IMG/VR virus record: IMGVR_UViG_3300032257_000040
Coordinates: 1 to 40,234 of that record
Direction: 5' to 3' (one strand)
Length of the DNA: 40,234 nucleotides
Source: a virus
Taxonomy: Duplodnaviria; Caudoviricetes
This document shows positions 34,665 through 40,234 of this stretch, piece by piece; the stretch's first letter is position 1; each line of letters begins with the position of its first letter. The notes beneath the pieces were generated by a model. That model saw only the letters and a list, made by a program, of their open reading frames with translations, had not been told where the DNA came from and did no database searches. A program made the position numbers and the translations under genes.

Positions 34665-34883
34665 ATGAACGGAATTCTACTATACGACCGGGAAGCACTG
34701 GCGAAAGCAATTCACGTATCCCTGTCCATGATCGACAATCTGGTAAAAGCCGAAAAGATCCCCGTGATCAAATGCGGGAAACGAAATCTTTTTAACGGTC
34801 TTCGCGTAGTCGAGGCGCTTGAATCTGGTGTTGCTGATCCTAAGAACGGCGGCGCAACGAAGGGAATGAAATATGCAGCGTAA
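34665..34883 (+). CDS. excisionase-like HTH_17 protein
   Basis: YDREALAKAIHVSLSMIDNLVKAEKIPVIKCGKRNLF. Confidence 0.8.
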   Translation: MNGILLYDREALAKAIHVSLSMIDNLVKAEKIPVIKCGKRNLFNGLRVVEALESGVADPKNGGATKGMKYAA

Positions 34884-35112
34884 ACCGATGACGCTCAATC
34901 GTCTCTCGTGGGAGCGGCAAGCACACAAGGACCGAATCAAAATCATTCTGGCTAATCAGACTCCGCAACTTCTCGGAGAGCTAAAGGCGCGAATGGATCG
35001 GGTAAAGAATCTTTCTGAGGTTATTTCAATGCGGTTGGAATCAAAGCGGAAGTATCGCGGCTCACTCATTGGCGTTAATCACAGTCTGGAGGCGACTCTT
35101 CTAACTTGGTAA
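34873..35112 (+). CDS. hypothetical protein
   Basis: 79 aa, packed in the early operon. Confidence 0.6.
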   Translation: MQRKPMTLNRLSWERQAHKDRIKIILANQTPQLLGELKARMDRVKNLSEVISMRLESKRKYRGSLIGVNHSLEATLLTW

Positions 35113-35113
35113 C

Positions 35114-35356
35114 ATGAGCGCTATACCTTTCTTAGATCGCCAAAACAGAGCGCGTAAAATCATCAAGAATCCGCAACGGTATTGCGTCTGTAATGATTGC
35201 GGCTCGATCATCAGTAAATCTAAAATCTCGCAGATCTGCCCTATCTGCAGTTCTTACAATCCAATCCGCGACGAAGAGACGGTAATTAAAACCGCTCAGA
35301 AACTCGCACAACGACAACGGCGTTTGGACTTCGATTGGCTCGAAGATCTCGCTTAA
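35114..35356 (+). CDS. zinc-ribbon protein
   Basis: CNDC...CPIC. Confidence 0.75.
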   Translation: MSAIPFLDRQNRARKIIKNPQRYCVCNDCGSIISKSKISQICPICSSYNPIRDEETVIKTAQKLAQRQRRLDFDWLEDLA

Positions 35357-35391
35357 AAATCTCTCTCAACTAACAAAACAACAAAACCATT

Positions 35392-36156
35392 ATGTCTACT
35401 ACTAAAGCAAATACAGAAATCGTCGAAACTAAATCGACACCAAAACCGAAGGACTTAAAAAGCCTTATCAATAGCGGCGCAGTCAAAAACCAAATCGCTC
35501 GCGCTCTACCTAAACACATGACGCCAGATCGTTTTCTGCGTGTCGTCACAACTACCTTGCTACGCACCCCGAAACTCGCGGACTGTTCGCAAGAATCAGT
35601 TATTAAAGCAATGCTTGATTGTTCCTCGCTCGGGTTGGAACCGGACGGGCGACGATGCCACCTAATCCCCTACGGGAAAGAATGCCAACTCATCGTTGAC
35701 TACAAAGGATTGATCGAGCTGGCGAAGCGATCCGGGGAAGTCTCCACGTGGAAAGCCGAGACGGTCAAAACTAACGATCTGTTCGCATGGCGCAACGGTG
35801 AGATTGATCACGAGATCGATTTTCGCACTGATCGCGGAGATTTGGAATGTGTTTATTCAGTGGTTAAAACTAAAGACGGCGAACTCGATTACGAGATCAT
35901 GACGCTTTCCGAAGTCGAATCGATCCGATCAAGAAGCAAAGCAGGGAAAGCCGGGCCTTGGGTGACTGACTTCGAAGAGATGGCAAAGAAAACCGTGATT
36001 CGTCGCCATAGTAAGCGCCTCACTCTTTCGCCTGAATTCCATAACGCAACCGAGATTGACGCTGATCAATTGGAGATTCGCGACGTAACACCCAAAGCAA
36101 CGCGGAAGGAAATCGCTCCCACCGAAAACCCTTTTGAGTTGGAGGGTGCAGAATGA
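35392..36156 (+). CDS. recT: RecT single-strand annealing protein
   Basis: ALPKHMTPDRFLR, LGLEPD, YKGLIELAKRSG, GPWVTDFEEMAKKTVIRR. Confidence 0.96.
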   Translation: MSTTKANTEIVETKSTPKPKDLKSLINSGAVKNQIARALPKHMTPDRFLRVVTTTLLRTPKLADCSQESVIKAMLDCSSLGLEPDGRRCHLIPYGKECQLIVDYKGLIELAKRSGEVSTWKAETVKTNDLFAWRNGEIDHEIDFRTDRGDLECVYSVVKTKDGELDYEIMTLSEVESIRSRSKAGKAGPWVTDFEEMAKKTVIRRHSKRLTLSPEFHNATEIDADQLEIRDVTPKATRKEIAPTENPFELEGAE

Positions 36157-36794
36157 GTTTTACAGACTGCGAAATCATCGATTGCGAACAGCGCTCCCCG
36201 GAATGGTTCGAGGCTCGAAAAGGAATTCTGACAGCTTCGGAATTCGGCCCATGGCTTTTGAAGAGTGACAAGACAAGCGGCAAGGCTCGCGAGACTGCGA
36301 TTTGTAAACTCGTGGCTCGAACTGCTGACGCCTGGGAACCTTCATTTTTCGAAAACGAAGCAATGAAGCGCGGGACCGAGTTGGAACCGGAGGCATTGAA
36401 GGCATTTCAGGAAGGAACCGGGAAGAAAGTCAAGGAGGTAGGTTTTTGCAGATCTGTTTACGGGCTTTTCGGATGCTCCCCGGACGGTCTTCTAATTCGG
36501 TCCAATACAGGCTACGAAAACAAAGCGCCGATTCCCTCGACACATATCAAATATCGTCGGGCCGGAACTCTGCCCGATGAATACAAATGGCAGGTTCTCG
36601 GCTCGATGGCAGTCACCGGGGCGAAGGCGTGGTGGTTTCAATCCTACAATCCCGGCCTGGCACCTTTGCGAATCCTGATCGAGCGCAACGATGAAGTGGA
36701 AGCACTGAAAGCTGCTCTAATCGAATTTTCCAGCCAACTAAAGGAAGCCTTGAGAGAGGAAGCCGAAGCGTGGCGGAAAGAATACCAGAAATAA
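36153..36794 (+). CDS. YqaJ/lambda-type exonuclease
   Basis: QRSPEWFEARKGILTAS, GCSPDGL, ENKAP, YKWQV. Confidence 0.94.
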   Translation: MSFTDCEIIDCEQRSPEWFEARKGILTASEFGPWLLKSDKTSGKARETAICKLVARTADAWEPSFFENEAMKRGTELEPEALKAFQEGTGKKVKEVGFCRSVYGLFGCSPDGLLIRSNTGYENKAPIPSTHIKYRRAGTLPDEYKWQVLGSMAVTGAKAWWFQSYNPGLAPLRILIERNDEVEALKAALIEFSSQLKEALREEAEAWRKEYQK

Positions 36795-36828
36795 GAAACA
36801 GAAACACAAACAGCAACACAACAACCAA

Positions 36829-37215
36829 ATGAAAAAAATAACCATATCACTATTAGCGCTCGCATGTTGCCTCGCAGCTTGCGAAGGACAGGAGGCAACC
36901 CACAGGCCGGAATTCAACGGCGATTATCTAACCTATGTATTCCGGGACGGTGAGACGTTTATCGGGGTCGTAGCGTCTCTCTATCGCCTCTCTCCAGAAG
37001 TAGCCAAAGAACAGGCGGAATACATCTGGGAGCGATGCCGGGCAGAAACACATAATTCAACGCTTATGGAAACCCGGCCTTGGCAGGTGATCGACTTCGC
37101 TCGACCACCATACGCGGAAAAAGGAAAAGTGATCGCTTTCCCGGCAAAAATTAACCTGTTCCAAAAACGCAACTATCAGCCTAAACCCGGAATCACTCCC
37201 GGAATGATGGCGTAA
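36829..37215 (+). CDS. putative lipoprotein
   Basis: MKK + hydrophobic core + LAAC lipobox. Confidence 0.7.
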   Translation: MKKITISLLALACCLAACEGQEATHRPEFNGDYLTYVFRDGETFIGVVASLYRLSPEVAKEQAEYIWERCRAETHNSTLMETRPWQVIDFARPPYAEKGKVIAFPAKINLFQKRNYQPKPGITPGMMA

Positions 37216-37218
37216 CAA

Positions 37219-37521
37219 ATGAGGCAATCACCACACCGAAAAAAGTTTCTTGATGTCATGTCTGACGGGCAACGGCGCAAGTCGGCTGACATCAAGAAGC
37301 TGATCGGAATGAAAGAAAAATCAAGCGTCACGATGTTTATCAATAACCTGGCAAGCCGACTACTGACAGACGGCGCAGATATCAAAATAAAATCAGCCTG
37401 GGTGAAAAGCAAACACGGGGCGCGCGGCGGGAAGGAATGGTGGATCGAAAAAAGGCCACAAAAGAGATACTTCGGACCCGTAACGATTCACGACATTTTC
37501 GATGACCAATACCAATTCTAA
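37219..37521 (+). CDS. hypothetical winged-helix-like protein
   Basis: 100 aa basic; MSDGQRRKSADIKKLIG. Confidence 0.65.
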   Translation: MRQSPHRKKFLDVMSDGQRRKSADIKKLIGMKEKSSVTMFINNLASRLLTDGADIKIKSAWVKSKHGARGGKEWWIEKRPQKRYFGPVTIHDIFDDQYQF

Positions 37522-37532
37522 AAAACAACAAT

Positions 37533-38000
37533 ATGACAACATTCAAGCAACCAATAGTAAGGCGCACTAACCAGCGCGAAACCAAAGTATTCACATCGGC
37601 AGAACTCCGCGAGGCGTCAATGACCCCTCGAGAGCAGGACTACCAGCGGGAACTCATATCAGCCGGGGAGCGGCACATTGCAAAATGGAGCGTGAAGGGT
37701 TTGGCGGAAACCGTCGAGCGAACAAGGGCGAACGTAGAAGAGCGCGAAAGGCGTTTGGATCTGGCGGAACAGATCGACGCATATCAAGCCATTGAATCCC
37801 TTAGAGATGAGATAGACGGGCTTGACGATGCTCTGCTACATCTTCATCAAGCGGAATGGTATCGAGGGCAATCCGATGACATCTACCAAAACGAATCCCG
37901 AAGCGAGGAACTAGCCGAAGACCTCGACACCCTGCAAGGACATTACGAAAGTTTTTACGCTTTCGATATCGTGGTCATCAATCCGAAAGGGGCGCGATAA
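37533..38000 (+). CDS. hypothetical coiled-coil protein
   Basis: 155 aa ORF with A/C-rich leader. Confidence 0.7.
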   Translation: MTTFKQPIVRRTNQRETKVFTSAELREASMTPREQDYQRELISAGERHIAKWSVKGLAETVERTRANVEERERRLDLAEQIDAYQAIESLRDEIDGLDDALLHLHQAEWYRGQSDDIYQNESRSEELAEDLDTLQGHYESFYAFDIVVINPKGAR

Positions 38001-38272
38001 TGACAGGCACCATCTCAGTACGCTCTCATCTACACAGAGACGAGCGAGTACAGGTTTTACTGATCCTGACTCAATTGGAGCAATTTACCGTCCTAGGAAC
38101 TCTCCTTTCACTCTGGAGTCACGGCGATTTTAACAGCCGGGAAGCTATCGACGTTTACGCGGGTTTCTCTGGGTTCGCTGATTCGATGGAACAGGCCGGG
38201 CTACTCGTCGAGAACTCTCACGGGTTGGCTTTTGTTTCAGGTAATCTCTATACATTTGGAGGGGCGGAATAA
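38000..38272 (+). CDS. protein resembling N-terminal domain of phage replication proteins
   Basis: VLGTLLSLWS..D...IDVYAGFSGFADSMEQAGLL pattern. Confidence 0.6.
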   Translation: MTGTISVRSHLHRDERVQVLLILTQLEQFTVLGTLLSLWSHGDFNSREAIDVYAGFSGFADSMEQAGLLVENSHGLAFVSGNLYTFGGAE

Positions 38273-39126
38273 TGAGCGAATCAAAACCAACTCAAACTAA
38301 AACTCTTTCAATCGTGAAATGGAAAGAGATTTTCGAAAGAGCAGAATCAAGGAAGTTGCAACGGTTGACATATTATTGCCCTCCGTCTGGTTGCGATTCG
38401 TCGGGCTACCTGGAACTGATGGTAGGGCACGAGGAAGACGGTGTAACAGCATTTGGCGTCTTCTGCGCGCTATGTCAATTCACCGCGACACTACCAGCGG
38501 ATCGCCGGGGGATGCTCGTAAAGACCAATGGAAAGCCTTATACAATCCGCTTTATTTCGTCACTCATCCGAATACCGGAGGAAATCGTAGATAAATCGAT
38601 AGCCATCCTAACAGAACCACAAATCAGTTGGTTGGAGTGGGTCGACAGCCCTGATGTAAAGGGAGGTACAGAAGAATCTCCCGGCGATCTCCCGGAAGAA
38701 TCCCAACAATCTCCCGCCGATCTCCCGCTGACAACCGGAAATCCCCCGGACAGAGGAGAGGAGATAAGAGGAGAGGAGAATAGAGGAGAGGGTACAACGG
38801 ATAATTTTGGTGTTTCCGGGGATGATTTGAAAAAGTCGAAAGAACTCGAAGCGATAATTTCCGGAATTCGATCACTCCAAAAAAATTGGAATAATCATTT
38901 TTCAGAGCCGGAGATGCGAGCGCTTGCAGACACTCACGAAAGTTTTCGCGGTTACGATTTTTCCCTAGTTCGCGATTGGTTCGAAAAATCACCGGACAAG
39001 CGGAAGCCAAAAAACCGCCTGAACTTCATTCAAAACGGCGTGTCCCACTCCAGCCTCACACGGGCCGAAGATTGGAAAAAAGAAATCAAGAAAAACAAAT
39101 CCCTGAAAACCGGGGATCAATTCTAA
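38272..39126 (+). CDS. replication initiator (lambda O-like organisation)
   Basis: N-terminal helical domain, repetitive linker with iterons and RGEEIRGEENRGE, followed by a DnaC-like gene. Confidence 0.8.
   Translation: MSESKPTQTKTLSIVKWKEIFERAESRKLQRLTYYCPPSGCDSSGYLELMVGHEEDGVTAFGVFCALCQFTATLPADRRGMLVKTNGKPYTIRFISSLIRIPEEIVDKSIAILTEPQISWLEWVDSPDVKGGTEESPGDLPEESQQSPADLPLTTGNPPDRGEEIRGEENRGEGTTDNFGVSGDDLKKSKELEAIISGIRSLQKNWNNHFSEPEMRALADTHESFRGYDFSLVRDWFEKSPDKRKPKNRLNFIQNGVSHSSLTRAEDWKKEIKKNKSLKTGDQF
38675..38791. repeat. candidate replication origin iterons
   Basis: ATCTCCCG x4 (two AATCTCCCGSCGATCTCCCG units at 38675 and 38708) plus ATCCCCCG, then AGAGGAG purine repeats. Confidence 0.65.
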
Positions 39127-39138
39127 CAAAACAATAAA

Positions 39139-39834
39139 ATGATAGCTGAAAATTCAATGACCAAAATTTGCACTTGCGGGAAACCGTTCGCGGCTGAACT
39201 CGCTCGGAGTCTCACGGGGAATTTAATTCCGACGCAAACACATTGCGACGATTGCTTGGCAGATCGTGACGGCGCAATCGAAAGATTTTCAAAACGGAAA
39301 ATCGAATCGAAAGTTTCCGCGCTCAAATCTTACGATGGGTTTCAGCTTTCAAAGCTTCCCGTGTCGAGTCAAGCGATAGCGGCGAAAGTTTTGAGTTGGG
39401 AACCGGGCGGGAAAGGAATCGTGATGGTTGGAAAATCTGGCACCGGGAAAACTTTCACGACCTACGCTCTTGCGAGACGGTTGGAATCCCAGGGCAACAC
39501 AATCGCATTGATCGAGGATCACAAAATCAACGCACTGGTCCGAACCAATGACGCCAAGCGCGAATCGATGCTTTCGAAAATTGATCAATCTCAAATCATC
39601 GTCTGGGATGACTTCGGATCGGCAAAGATGACCGACGCAACCGAATCCTTTTATTTCGATCTGCTCGAACGAATCAACAAGGCCGGGAAACCCGTAATCG
39701 GAAGCGCGAATTTTTCCGGGGAACAAATCAAAACGAGATGGGCCGAAACGAGCGGCGAAAACACTTTCCTGGAGGTTCGCGGCGAGCGGATAATTCGACG
39801 TTTCCGGGAATCCTGTTCTGTCGTCGCGGTCTGA
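39139..39834 (+). CDS. DnaC/IstB-like AAA+ helicase loader
   Basis: CTC..CDDC zinc site, GKSGTGKT Walker A, VWDDFG Walker B, RIIRRF. Confidence 0.9.
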   Translation: MIAENSMTKICTCGKPFAAELARSLTGNLIPTQTHCDDCLADRDGAIERFSKRKIESKVSALKSYDGFQLSKLPVSSQAIAAKVLSWEPGGKGIVMVGKSGTGKTFTTYALARRLESQGNTIALIEDHKINALVRTNDAKRESMLSKIDQSQIIVWDDFGSAKMTDATESFYFDLLERINKAGKPVIGSANFSGEQIKTRWAETSGENTFLEVRGERIIRRFRESCSVVAV

Positions 39835-40023
39835 CCTTATTTTTTTGATAACCACGAGAGCGCTAAAAACGACTAAAAACACCCCTTCCACTGTCATCAC
39901 ACCGAAAAAGGTTTCAAATGGATTCTAGGGGCTATAATGGAGCGATAAAGCCATACTAAGCACGATACCCAACCATAAAAATCACAATTCAAAACAATAA
40001 CCAATATTTCAACCAAAATCACA

Positions 40024-40234
40024 ATGCAAAACAATACCATATTCCAGCGATCACTAGGCGAGGCAAATACTCGTTCCGAATGCCGAAGAATCAAAAGCCT
40101 GAAAAACCACCCGAAAGGCACAAATGCACATCGAATTTATCGACTCACAAGAGCGGGTGAAAACATCGATGAGCTAAAGATGTCAGGAAAGGAAGCGTTT
40201 GAGCGAAACAAAGAACTAACGCAGAAATTCGCGG
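40024..40234 (+). CDS. 3'-truncated hypothetical protein
   Basis: ATG 40024 after an A/C-rich leader; open to the window end (MQNNTIFQRSLGEANTRSEC...). Confidence 0.55.
   Translation, partial: MQNNTIFQRSLGEANTRSECRRIKSLKNHPKGTNAHRIYRLTRAGENIDELKMSGKEAFERNKELTQKFA

Noticed and set aside
1-40234. Closed circular genome or terminal repeats
   Set aside because: No end overlap seen. Joining the ends leaves ORF 1-336 with an in-frame stop 18 nt upstream and no start, so some sequence is probably missing.

Overview
The window is most of a ~40-kb temperate podovirus-type phage genome (BPP-1/T7-like head and tail module, no RNA polymerase) in its excised, attP-intact form. Both ends cut through ORFs. 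Nearly all genes are on the + strand. Order: small ORFs, TerS/TerL, a membrane-HTH gene with a CGACA repeat array, portal, scaffold, capsid, an adaptor fused to a collagen-like tail fibre, nozzle, three ejection proteins (largest 2417 aa), holin and amidase, attP (tRNA T-loop core plus arm repeats), a secreted esterase, a cassette array, tyrosine integrase, repressor/RHH/Xis, RecT and YqaJ exonuclease, replication initiator and DnaC-like ATPase. The standout signal is at 29970-32491: six integron attC-like hairpins separate small genes and a DNA adenine methylase. Five cassettes have perfectly complementary GTTN4/N4AAC ends, and the array ends at an attI-like site just before the integrase, which is not an IntI. 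The genes point opposite to the canonical cassette orientation and mostly start inside the attC loop. SD-less leaders and the integrase/esterase signatures hint at a Verrucomicrobiota/PVC host (inference). All product calls are from motif recognition by eye; no searches were run.
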